Assembly: GCA_027491415.1 (NCBI GenBank)
Contig: JAOZFH010000055.1
Coordinates: 1-64,000 of the forward strand
Source of the DNA: Thermoproteota archaeon
GTDB lineage: Archaea > Korarchaeota > Korarchaeia > Korarchaeales > Korarchaeaceae
Reading direction: 5' to 3'
Length of the DNA stretch: 64,000 nt
The position numbers were made by a program, and so were the translations under genes. The notes below the pieces were generated by a model. The model made no database searches. It was not told where the DNA came from and worked only from the letters and a program-made list of their open reading frames with translations. Positions 28,787 to 37,920 of this stretch are shown here, one piece after another. The first letter of the stretch is position 1, and every line of letters starts with the position of its first letter.

Positions 28787-29139
28787 CTCTTCACCACCCG
28801 CTCGGCGCGCCTCAGGTGTCTCTCCGCGATCGACTCTGTGTACATCCTAGCGGGGACCCCGTTAGCCGCGTCCGGATACCTGGAGATGGTGTACTCGGGG
28901 TTCAGTTCCATGAGGTCCTCCATCACGTCATCCAGACCCAGCAGCCTCCCCAGCTCGACGAGATTGCGCGTCCTGGGGTGAATTTGCCTCTTCACCTCGA
29001 TGTATGTCGCCTTTAGGGCCTTCTCCGCCGCCTGATGGGAGAAGAACGCGACCACGTAGTAGGCCCCCCTCAAGAGCACCCTGGCGGTCTCCAGATCCTC
29101 CAGAGCCTACTCCCACAGAGCCTCAGATTCCCGCCTCAC
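28756..29139 (-). pseudogene. HEPN-domain protein interrupted by in-frame TAG
   Basis: GTG 29139 MRRESEALWE*ALEDLETARVLL...HQAAEKALKA...ISRYPD, with TAG at 29107-29109. Confidence 0.7.
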
Positions 29140-29399
29140 GGGGGCCCTACCCACAACTACCCAGGGGCGATCCCCTAAAAGTCGCGCGCCACAGATTTTA
29201 GGGCCCCACCCTGGTCCACTCACTTGTGCGGTCTCCTTTCTCGGCCCCGTCGAGTTCCGGGAGAGCTGTATCACCAAAAAACCACAGACCGAGCGCAACC
29301 CTGGACCACTCGTTCTGGTGTCCTCTCCTGCTCCAACGCCTCGAAGGGCGTCTTCGACTCGCAGACCCACGTGTCTGGCATGCGCGGATCTGGCCCTGG

Positions 29400-29760
29400 C
29401 CGGTCAGGGGTCCCCTTCACGATTGCCCCATAGGTCTCGAGCGCAGCCCCTAGACCCAGGACAGGGCACTCCGACGTTGGGGGGCGTCGTTGGGCAGAAA
29501 CCTCGTCTCAGAGTTGTCCTTCACGTCGATCACCAGATCGACATCGGATATCAGGTCCCGGACATTCCTGTGATCTACGCGGTAACGACGGACTCCGCCT
29601 CAAACTCAAAGATCCTCTCCGCGCGCCAAGGCCTTGGGGTGTGCCCCAGGCTGCGCGGCGCTCGTCGCGGAGCGCCTGTCGGCGCAGGTTGCCGAGCTCC
29701 ACTACGACCATGCCAGCTTGGGCCTCCTAACCCAGTGATTCTCGAGCCCACCGAGACGCG
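29400..29760 (-). pseudogene. Degraded ThiF/MoeB (E1-like) gene remnant
   Basis: Colinear fragments in shifting frames: ITGLGG, VVELGNLRRQ, DVDLVIDVKDNSETRFLPND, GAALETYG. Confidence 0.6.
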
Positions 29761-29837
29761 CACGAGGGTAGCGGGAGGCGGCTCGCTGGGAGACTTTAAA
29801 TGGGGGAAACCGGTGTCTCCGCGAGAGGATCTCGAAG

Positions 29838-30278
29838 TTGAGGGGTTCTGTCCCTGCCCCCGCCGACCTGGGATCCATCCTAGCAAGGGCAAGGAGAGTC
29901 CTAGAGGGTGAGGATCGCGTGCTCTACGCGATAGCCTTCGGCTCCCGAGTCGAGGGAAGGGGGAGGAGGGGCAGCGACCTCGACATAGGGATCAGGTACT
30001 CCACAAGTGGAATCGATCCGTACGAGCTGGGATCACTCGCCTCGCGCCTGACAGCCGCGACCGGCATCGACGTTCACCTGGTGGATCTAGCCGGGGCCCC
30101 GGCCTCGTTGAGGTACGTGGCGTTCTCCAAGGGTGTGCCCATCCTAGTCAGGGACAGGCGCGCCTTGGTCAACGACATCGCCAGGGCCGTGGACGAGTAC
30201 CTGGACATTCAACCCATGCAGAGGCGCGTGTCTGAGGGGATCAGGAGGGCGCTACTGAATGCCCACGCCCGGCCTTAA
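29838..30278 (+). CDS. MntA-type nucleotidyltransferase antitoxin
   Basis: AFGSRVEG...SDLDIGI, VHLVDL. Confidence 0.88.
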   Translation: MRGSVPAPADLGSILARARRVLEGEDRVLYAIAFGSRVEGRGRRGSDLDIGIRYSTSGIDPYELGSLASRLTAATGIDVHLVDLAGAPASLRYVAFSKGVPILVRDRRALVNDIARAVDEYLDIQPMQRRVSEGIRRALLNAHARP

Positions 30279-30684
30279 TGCTAGGGTCTCCAGGCTGAGG
30301 GTCGCTTTGATGAGGCTCAGGAAACTTGGGGGGATGAGGTCTGAGTTGGAGGCGGAGCCCCTCCTCGTTGACTCTGCTGAGCGGAACTTGCAGGTTGCGA
30401 TAGAAGCCCTGCTAGACATCGGATCTCACATAATAGCCGCGAAGGGCTGGTCACTCCCCTCAACGTACGCCGAGATCGGTGAGATCCTGGGGAGACACGG
30501 GGTGCTAAAAGGTGACCTTGCCGCCAGGCTCTCGGCGCTCGCCGGCCTGAGAAACGTGCTGGTGCACCTGTACTCTGAGGTAGATCGAGAGAGGATCCTG
30601 ATGTTCCTGGATCGGGTGGATGAACTCGAGGAGTTGGCCTCCCGCATGCTCGAGTACGTGGAGGCCGAGGGAATAGACCCGTGA
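30259..30684 (+). CDS. HepT/DUF86-type HEPN ribonuclease toxin
   Basis: ERNLQVAIEALLDI, intact RX4HXY (RNVLVHLY), overlaps the MNT gene. Confidence 0.88.
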   Translation: MPTPGLNARVSRLRVALMRLRKLGGMRSELEAEPLLVDSAERNLQVAIEALLDIGSHIIAAKGWSLPSTYAEIGEILGRHGVLKGDLAARLSALAGLRNVLVHLYSEVDRERILMFLDRVDELEELASRMLEYVEAEGIDP

Positions 30685-30810
30685 GGTTTGACCCGGTTCC
30701 GGGATCACCACTCTGATCAGAGGAGTACATCTCCTTTCTTAGCACCGGTGTGAATCCGTCGCGCGTGAACATATTTGGAATGGATCTACTGGGGTCGGCG
30801 GTTGATGTTC

Positions 30811-30951
30811 ATGCCGTTCTATCCCGTGTGCGGTGCCGAGGTCTCTGAGGAGACGAGGTGGAAGGCCGAATATGAGGGTAGAGTTTACTACTTCTGCTGC
30901 AAGCACCGTCTGGCAAAGTTCCTGAGGGAACCCGGGAGGTATGCTCGCTGA
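30811..30951 (+). CDS. YHS/TRASH metal-binding small protein (possibly decaying)
   Basis: Not in the track: MPFYPVCGAEVSEETRWKAEYEGRVYYFCCKHRLAKFLREPGRYAR. The usual DPVCG Asp and a second Cys are replaced. Confidence 0.7.
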   Translation: MPFYPVCGAEVSEETRWKAEYEGRVYYFCCKHRLAKFLREPGRYAR

Positions 30952-30960
30952 TTAGACCGG

Positions 30961-31980
30961 GTGATCGCACTGAGGGTCAGGGGTTCCCGGGCTATCTCGC
31001 TCAAGATATCCGGCATGCACTGTCAGAACTGCGCGCTGACGATTGAGAGGGAGCTGAGGTCCCTCGACGACGTACTGAAGGCTAACGTGAGCTTCGCATC
31101 CGGCAAAGCCTTGGTGATCGTGGAGCCCGGGCGCCTCTCGGTGGACGAGTTGGAGAGAGCCGTCCGTCGCGTGGGCTACGGCGTTGAGCGGGAGAAAGTC
31201 AGGCTGAGGCTGAGGGAGGCGGTCGACCCCGCCCTGGCGGCGAGGCCGGAGGGGGAGCTGGTCAGGCTCGAGGGGTGAGGCGGGCGTCGGTGGACGCCGC
31301 GACCGGCGCCGCGACCGTGGAGTACCTGGGTTCGCACCCCCCTCGCGGAGGCCATAGTCAGGAGGGCGGTCGAGCTTGGGCTGGAGGTGGGGGAGCCGGA
31401 CGAGTTGACCGTGGTGCCCGGGGCCGGGTGAGGGGCACGGTCGGCGGGCGCAGGGTGGTGGTGGGGAGCGCGAGAATGGTCGGGGGAGAGGTCGAGCTCG
31501 ACGAGGCGGTCAAGGCCGCGGTGAACGCCATGCAGTCCCGGGGGGAGAACGTAGTGGCTGTGGAGGTGGACGGGGACCTGGCCGGAGGTGACTCCCGAGG
31601 GAAAGGTGGAAGCGATCGCCGAGCTGCAGAGGGAGGGATGCGCGGTCGCGATGGTGGGAGACGGGGTCAACGGCGCCCCGGCGCTCTCGAGGGCCGATCT
31701 GGGGGTGGCCATAGGCGGCGGGACCGACGTGGCGGTCGAGGTCGGGGACGTAATCCTCATCAGGGACGACCCGAGGGACGTGGCCGTGGCGCTGAAGATC
31801 GGGCGGAGGATCGTCAGGCAGATAAGGCAGAACCTGGCGTGGGCGTTCGCGTACAATGTCGTGCTGATACCCCTAGCGACCTTGGGCGTACTCTACCCCG
31901 TCTACGCGGGCCTTGCGATGGCCATGAGCTCCATCTCCGTGACGGGGTGGTCTCTCACCCTCGCCAAGTATCGACCATAG
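30961..31980 (+). pseudogene. copA: Heavy-metal P1B ATPase remnant with large internal deletions
   Basis: HMA GMHCQNC, then SHPLAEAI, VVVGS, PEGKV...GDGVNGAPAL...QNLAWAFAYN. TM core, TGE and DKTGT are missing, and there are stops and frameshifts. Confidence 0.85.
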
Positions 31981-32202
31981 ATGTGGGGAGCGCGGGGGCC
32001 ACCTCTCCGGATCAAGAACCCTATTGCCGAGGGACTGAGGGTAGAGGACCAAGCCCGTGCGTGAACTTCCCTCAATGAGGGAATAGATCACTTGGAGTGG
32101 TACGCCCTCTCGGTAAAAGTCGTAGATCTGGAACGTGAGTTGCGGCAACGCTTAATAGAGAACGTGAGGGGAAAAAGAACGGCCTGTAGGAGGTCTTTTG
32201 CC

Positions 32203-33432
32203 TTGCCTTCTTTGGTGAGGGTCGTTGTTCTCTTCACCCTTCTGGTGGGCGTCTCTCTCGCGTCGATCTCACCGGCCTCGGCCAGCCCAGACCTGTACTA
32301 CGACAACTTCGACGCGGCTCAGGCGAAGGAGTACGGAGACGCATGGATAGACGCTGTCTGGATGGAGGTCAGCGGGAACGAGACGCACCTGACGGTGGTG
32401 ATCCACACGGCGGCCCCCGTGCCGACGTCAAGCATACTCCGCATCGACGGGCCCGTGGCCTACCTGGACACGGACGGCGACGGAGACGATGAGTACTACG
32501 TGACTCTGGGGATCAAAGGCGACGGCAGCGTATACACCTTCAGGCTCTGCGATACCACCGTGTCCCCGCCCGCATGCACGAACCTCCCCTTTGATGAGAT
32601 CCTGTTCCAGGTCGGGGGGGACTACGTGGGCTTCACCATACCCTACTCGGACATAGGGGTCGCCCCCGGGGATCAGGTGGGCGTCAGCGGACATCTGGGC
32701 ACCAGGTTCATCGACACGGTCCTCCAAGAGTTCGACTACACCCTGGGCGGGGGAACGGCCGTATCCGTGGACGGGGACCTGAGCGAGTGGGCCGGCGTGC
32801 CGGACAACTTCGACGACGGGTACGACGGAGAGATTCCCCAGGAGTTCGACTTCAGGGCGTTCGCGACGGTGGACAACGCGACGGCCGGGACCGGCCAGGC
32901 CATATCCCACAGGTTCACCGTGGAGGGCGGCTCTCCCGCGGCGTCCCTCTCTCAGGGTTACATGAGGATCTCCAGGTTAGTCTACGTCTACTACGACACT
33001 GACAACGACGGGACGTACGACTACGAGGCCTGGGTCGCGTATTACCTGATCAGATCGGGTGCTAGTCAGCAGAGGTACATCCTCTACTCCCTCTACCAGT
33101 GGAACGGAGCGAGCTGGAGTTTCCTGTACTCCAAGTCCCCATCGAGCTGGGACTGGGGGCCGGGATTCGAGCTGTCCACACCACTCGCCGACATTGGGTC
33201 CCCGGCGAGCGGAGACACCATCGGGATCAAGGTGCAGTCCGTCACCTTCTCCGACACAAGTGACCCGATTCCGGGATCAGGTGCAACCGACTTCGTGTAC
33301 TACGCGCTGCCGGCTCCGGGGCCTGCCGTCGGCGGAGAGTTGGAATTCCCGCTTGCTGCAGCTCTCTCAGGAGTCCTGGCCGCCGTCGCGGCCGTGGCAC
33401 TCCTAATTTTCTCGACGAGGGGGAGAGCCTGA
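32203..33432 (+). CDS. Secreted/surface protein with two CBM9/DOMON-like repeats and C-terminal PAVGG-TM anchor
   Basis: Signal peptide ending ASA. Repeats YLDTDGDG/YYDTDNDG and IPYSDIG/TPLADIG, plus VDGDLSEW. Tail is PAVGGEL-TM-RGR. TTG start after GGAGG. Confidence 0.7.
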   Translation: MPSLVRVVVLFTLLVGVSLASISPASASPDLYYDNFDAAQAKEYGDAWIDAVWMEVSGNETHLTVVIHTAAPVPTSSILRIDGPVAYLDTDGDGDDEYYVTLGIKGDGSVYTFRLCDTTVSPPACTNLPFDEILFQVGGDYVGFTIPYSDIGVAPGDQVGVSGHLGTRFIDTVLQEFDYTLGGGTAVSVDGDLSEWAGVPDNFDDGYDGEIPQEFDFRAFATVDNATAGTGQAISHRFTVEGGSPAASLSQGYMRISRLVYVYYDTDNDGTYDYEAWVAYYLIRSGASQQRYILYSLYQWNGASWSFLYSKSPSSWDWGPGFELSTPLADIGSPASGDTIGIKVQSVTFSDTSDPIPGSGATDFVYYALPAPGPAVGGELEFPLAAALSGVLAAVAAVALLIFSTRGRA

Positions 33433-33585
33433 GGGGCGACGCCCACCTCTCTTCCTCGGCGGACACAATTTTCCGTCGTGCGTTGGGGTCCCATCGACCC
33501 CCTTCCTTTTATCGATCCAGCCGAGATGGAGGGGTCTGGTCCCGGAGGGTCTCTCATGCCACCCCCGGCCTAGCTCTACGCCCTG

Positions 33586-34296
33586 GTGTCTGTCCTCCTG
33601 ATCGTTGCGGGCGTCTCCTTCTCGCTCATCCTGAAAAGGCTCGCTGGGGACGCTGAGATTACCTTTCCTATCGCGCTGCCCGTAACGGCAGGTGCGATCC
33701 TCTACTACGGGATTCGGGAGGGGAGCCTGCGCCCCCTCGGATTCTCCGCGGATCACCTCCTGAGGGACGCCTGCGTGGGGGCGCTGACCTTCGCGCCGAT
33801 GATTGTCGCGTTCCTCCTGATAGACGCGGCGTTCTCCGGCCTGCTGGCCAGGGCTGTGGAGAGACCTGGGTCGGTGAGCGGGACGCTGCTCAGGGGCCTA
33901 CGCGCTCCGTGGAACTGGGTCGCTCAGGCGGCCTACTCTTTCACGCTGCTTGCCCCGGCCGAAGAAGTGGTTTTCAGGGGTCTCCTCCAAAGGTGGCTCC
34001 AGGGGGCGGTAGGTCCCCTGGAGGCGATTCTGATCCAGTCGGCGGTCTTCGGTCTGGCTCACGGGGTGCCGGCCGCACTGTCGTGGGACAGAGCGACGTC
34101 TCTCGGCTACTTCCTTTTGGGGTTCTCGGGTGGTGCGATACTAGGCTCGGCGTTCTACCTGACCGGAAACAGCATCGTGGCCCCCTGGATCGGCCACGCC
34201 CTGGCGGACTCGCCCATCGCCATTCTCGTGCTGGTCGCCACAGGGAGGCTTTCAAGGGACATGCTCCACACGATGGCGGCGGACGCGAGGTCCTGA
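33586..34296 (+). CDS. CPBP (CAAX/Abi) intramembrane glutamic metalloprotease
   Basis: EEVVFRG, FGLAH, GHALAD motifs. An upstream in-frame ATG at 33556 is separated by TAG at 33571. Confidence 0.85.
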   Translation: MSVLLIVAGVSFSLILKRLAGDAEITFPIALPVTAGAILYYGIREGSLRPLGFSADHLLRDACVGALTFAPMIVAFLLIDAAFSGLLARAVERPGSVSGTLLRGLRAPWNWVAQAAYSFTLLAPAEEVVFRGLLQRWLQGAVGPLEAILIQSAVFGLAHGVPAALSWDRATSLGYFLLGFSGGAILGSAFYLTGNSIVAPWIGHALADSPIAILVLVATGRLSRDMLHTMAADARS

Positions 34297-34336
34297 GGGC
34301 GAGCCCGGATCCTCACGGCTGGGCAGAACCCGGTCT

Positions 34337-35120
34337 TCAGGAGTCTGTTCTGGGGACGTACTGCTCATAAAACTCCACCTTCAGCATCCTCTCCTGCAGA
34401 TCACCCACGTCGCGACAGATAGCGTCCGCTGACCTAACCAAGCTCGAGTACAGGCATATGTCAGCGAGCTTCACTTCATACAGAGTCTTTCCTCCCACGT
34501 CGATCGTCAGGTCGAGCGCGTGGGTTGGCTCATCCTCATCGGCGCCGCCGAGGAACTCCTCGAGCGCCGGATCTCGGTTGATTGCGTAGAAGAGTATGGC
34601 CCTCACCGCCCCGTCTTCAACGAGTTCGGTTACGATCCTCCCGACGGCCGCGTGGGCCTCGCTTCGGCGGAAACCCGTCACAGGGTGGAACGTAACTATC
34701 AGGTCCGGTGACTCAGAGAGGACCAGGGCCCTGATCTTCTCCTCTGGCGTGGAGCCAGGGTACTCTGAGGCGTAGACGTACCTGCACCCAAGCAGATCCG
34801 CAGACCTCCGATTTACCTCTCTCCTGAACTCGTCGGCCGCGTATGCCGCTATCACGCACTCCCACCCGCGAGCGTGGGCATAGTAGAGCAGGCCCGCCGC
34901 GTACATCTCATCGTCGGCGTGCGGGCCGATCCAGAGTATTTTCCCGGGGGCCCAGCTCGGCTGCCATGGGGGTGGCGCCGGGGAAATGCGCTGGGCCGGC
35001 CGCGCCCTTCCACCACTGTTCTGGGAGCGGGGATTCCGCCTGCCACCTCAGGGATAGGAGGGCCATCGACGACGCGGCCGCGGCGATCAGGGCCAGGGCG
35101 ACGATCACCTTTCGGCTCAC
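34337..35120 (-). pseudogene. Secreted PIG-L/LmbE-family deacetylase split by a frameshift
   Basis: Signal-peptide frame starts at GTG 35120. The catalytic frame KILWIGPHADDEM...PDLIVTFHP...AHAAVG is offset by +1 and has no canonical start before the HxDD motif. Confidence 0.65.
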
Positions 35121-35311
35121 CCGGAGGTCACCTGCTCAGCCGAGGCGGGCCTCGTTTAACGGATCACGCTGGAACGTGGGTGAAACGACCGGATCGTCCC
35201 GGCGGGCTGGCTATCCCAAACCGGGGCCAGCGGCGCCGCGCCTCAGGCTCTCCGATCACCCCCTCCCGGAGTCCGCGCTCTCCTCGATATCCCCGGAGAC
35301 GCCGGTGGAGG

Positions 35312-36232
35312 CTAGGGCGCGGCGGGATCGGCATCACGGAGCGCCGCAGAGCCGTGCTGCCCGGCACCTGACCGGCGAGGTCGACGCGGCAGGTTAGCGT
35401 CTGGTTTCAGGCCCAGGGGACGTGGGGGAGGCGAGAGAGGACCTACCGGCCGCACCGTCCCAGAAGACTCGGCCCACTCCCTCAGCCTGCGGTGCAGGAC
35501 GGCCCCCAGAGCCACGAAGATGGCCGCGAACGCCAGAAGACCCGCGACGTCGAGGACCGCGCTCATCATCCCTCCAGCGCCGTACGAGACCCTGGCCAGG
35601 TCGTTTGAGTAAGTCAGGGGTGAGATCAGCGAGGCAAGTCGCACGGCCAGGGACGCCCCGCTGAGCGGGACGAAGACCCCGCTCACGAAGAGCATCGGGA
35701 GCCTGACAAAGTTCATGGCGATGGTTACGTTCCCCGGGTTCTCCGTCGGAAAGGACGCGAACATGACCCCCATAGCGGCAAAGCACGCCGAGGACACCGC
35801 CAGATCGAGGATGAGGAGGCCAGGGCTCTGGACCTCGGCGCCGAGCGCCAGCGTCCCGACCGCCACCGGGACGGTCCCGACCGCCACCCCGTAGAGCGCG
35901 CCAGCGAACACCTTCCCGGCCAGTATGGCGTGGAAGGATATGGGGGCCGAGAGGAGCCTGTCGAACGTCTTGAGTCTCCTCTCCAGCGGTATGGAGAAGG
36001 GCCCTATCGAGGAGGCGCTGAACATCACCACCATTGACGTCAGGCCGGGCAGGGCCTGCTCCACAGGGATGTTCCTCCCCACGATGAAGGAGAGGAACAT
36101 GAAGAGCGGGAACATGATCCCGAACATCACCGCCCCCGGCCTAGCGTAGTAGCTCTTGAGGTCCTTCTTGGCTATGGCCCAAGCGGCCATGAGGTCTAGG
36201 CGAATGTGGCTCGCACCCACAGGCATGTTCAT
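35312..36232 (-). CDS. ABC-2 type exporter permease
   Basis: About 6 TM helices, ERRLKTFDRLLSAPIS, FVSGVFVP, SPLTY. Confidence 0.9.
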   Translation of the reverse strand: MNMPVGASHIRLDLMAAWAIAKKDLKSYYARPGAVMFGIMFPLFMFLSFIVGRNIPVEQALPGLTSMVVMFSASSIGPFSIPLERRLKTFDRLLSAPISFHAILAGKVFAGALYGVAVGTVPVAVGTLALGAEVQSPGLLILDLAVSSACFAAMGVMFASFPTENPGNVTIAMNFVRLPMLFVSGVFVPLSGASLAVRLASLISPLTYSNDLARVSYGAGGMMSAVLDVAGLLAFAAIFVALGAVLHRRLREWAESSGTVRPVGPLSPPPRPLGLKPDANLPRRPRRSGAGQHGSAALRDADPAAP

Positions 36233-37164
36233 CCCCCCGTGAGCCTGACGAACACGTCCTCCAAGGTCGGGCCCGAGGTGTTCAGACTCAGGATCCTCAG
36301 CCCCTCTGCCTTGGCCAGCTCGAACACCGCCTCCAAGACAGTGGGAGGGTCTCCTGTGTAGAGCCTGAACTTGTCTCCCTCCTCAAGCACCCCCTCAACG
36401 GACGGCAGCCCTTCGAGCCTCTGCCTCAACCAGGACGGGCGAGAAGAGAAGGACACCACGACCGAGTGGGTCTTCTCGACTATCATCTTCAGCCTCTCTG
36501 GCGTATCTATGGCTGCTATCCTGCCCCGGTTTATCACGGCGACCCTGTGGCAGAGCGTGTTGGCCTCGTCCATGTTGTGCGTGGTGAGGAAGATCGTTGT
36601 GCCGTTGTCGTTCAGCTCCCTCACGATCCGCTTCACAAGCCTGGCCGCCTGGACGTCGAGCCCTGAGGTAGGCTCGTCCAGGAAGAGCACCTCCGGGTCG
36701 TGCACCAGAGCCATTGCTATTGACAGCCTCCTCTTCAATCCCTTCGATAGCTTTCCGGCCTTTTGCTTTCTCCTGCCGTAGAGTTCAAACATCTCCAAGA
36801 TCTCCTTCGCTCTCCTTTTCCTCTCCTCCCTGGGAACGCCGTGGATCTCTCCGGAGAACATCACGTTGTCCCACACGGACAGCTCCGCATAGACGTTGGA
36901 GCCCTCGGGCACCAGCCCGATGACCATCTTCGCAGCCCTGGGCTCCCTGACCACGTCGTGCCCGGCCACCCTGGCGGTCCCGGAGGTCGGTTCGGTGAGG
37001 CCCGTCAGCATCCTCACGGTCGTGGTCTTTCCGGCCCCGTTTGGCCCGAGGAAGCCGAAGATCTCTCCCCTCTCCACGGAGAAGGACACGTGATCCACCG
37101 CCAGCAGGGGGCCGTAGTACTTGGTCAGCCCCTCCGCCTCAATTGCCTTCTCCACTCCCACCAC
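36229..37164 (-). CDS. ABC exporter ATP-binding protein (DrrA-like)
   Basis: GPNGAGKTT, LSKG, FLDEPTSGLD, TTH, TLEDVF. Confidence 0.95.
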   Translation of the reverse strand: MVGVEKAIEAEGLTKYYGPLLAVDHVSFSVERGEIFGFLGPNGAGKTTTVRMLTGLTEPTSGTARVAGHDVVREPRAAKMVIGLVPEGSNVYAELSVWDNVMFSGEIHGVPREERKRRAKEILEMFELYGRRKQKAGKLSKGLKRRLSIAMALVHDPEVLFLDEPTSGLDVQAARLVKRIVRELNDNGTTIFLTTHNMDEANTLCHRVAVINRGRIAAIDTPERLKMIVEKTHSVVVSFSSRPSWLRQRLEGLPSVEGVLEEGDKFRLYTGDPPTVLEAVFELAKAEGLRILSLNTSGPTLEDVFVRLTGG

Positions 37165-37516
37165 CCCACGTCTTCTCGTAGAACTCGAACAGCTCCTCGA
37201 AGAGTCTCCTCCTCGCCGAGAGGGCCTCTAAACCCCCCCTGAGCGTCTCGACCCCCGCTTCCGTTATCTCGTAGACTCGCTTGTCGCCTCCCGCCGCCCC
37301 CTCCACCCACCGAGAGGTCAGGAGGCCCCTCCTCTCCATCCTCCTCAGCGCGGTGTAGACGACGCCGGTCTCCGGGGCGTAGTCGCCAGACGTCATCTCT
37401 CTCACCCTCTCGATAATCTGGTAGCCGTGAACCGGCCCCTCATACGCCAGCCTGAGTATCAGGAGCGGTATCAGGCCCGGAGGGCCTGACCGGCAGTGGC
37501 CTCGGCACCCGTTCAT
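37139..37516 (-). CDS. PadR-family transcriptional regulator
   Basis: GPVHGYQII, GVVYTALRRME, KRVYEITEAG. Confidence 0.9.
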   Translation of the reverse strand: MNGCRGHCRSGPPGLIPLLILRLAYEGPVHGYQIIERVREMTSGDYAPETGVVYTALRRMERRGLLTSRWVEGAAGGDKRVYEITEAGVETLRGGLEALSARRRLFEELFEFYEKTWGGGSGEGN

Positions 37517-37551
37517 ATCAGCGGTAGGCGTATCAGTGATATGTATATAAG
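37516..37551 (-). promoter_or_regulatory. TATA box plus two dyad boxes upstream of padR
   Basis: Minus-strand CTTATATA (37544-37551). Palindrome TATCAGTGATA (37531-37541) and degenerate copy TATCAGCGGTA (37516-37526). Confidence 0.55.
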
Positions 37552-37659
37552 TGCTTTTGTTCGCCGGAGTTGTCGACGCTTCGTGAAAGTTCCGTTTCAC
37601 GACGCCAAGCTCCCGCCGCCCCTTTGTTAGGTATATTAGTCAAACAACGTAGTTTAACC

Positions 37660-37920
37660 ATGATGAGCGTGGTCAGGGTGTACCGGAAGGGCATAGTGGC
37701 CCTCCCGAAGGCCGTCAGAGAGAGCGCCGGGATAAGGGAGGGGATGCTCCTGCTTGTCGAGGTGATTGATGGAAAGATCGTGATGTCCCCTCTCAACCTC
37801 TGGGAGAGGGTCTGGGGCTCCGGCGCCGGGTTGGGAACGGCTGAGGGGGCCGAGAGGGAACTCGACGAGGAGGAGGCCGAGAGAGCTCGGGTGAGGGCCC
37901 GTGATTGGAAAGAGGGGTAG
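37660..37920 (+). CDS. AbrB/MazE/SpoVT-family antitoxin
   Basis: VRVYRKGIVALPKAVRESAGIREG. Imperfect IR GTCAAAC-N6-GTTTAAC at 37639-37658 just upstream. Confidence 0.9.
   Translation: MMSVVRVYRKGIVALPKAVRESAGIREGMLLLVEVIDGKIVMSPLNLWERVWGSGAGLGTAEGAERELDEEEAERARVRARDWKEG

Noticed and set aside
29107-33573. Genome-wide TAG recoding (pyrrolysine-type) suggested by two early amber codons
   Set aside because: Many intact genes here end at TAG at the expected position (e.g. 11162, 25733, 37920, 57217, 58992). No pyl genes are seen, and both cases lie in a decaying region.
37531-37541. TATCAGTGATA equals the core of the bacterial tetO operator
   Set aside because: It is only 11 bp, the flanks differ and there is no vector or tetR sequence. 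A native padR dyad explains it better.
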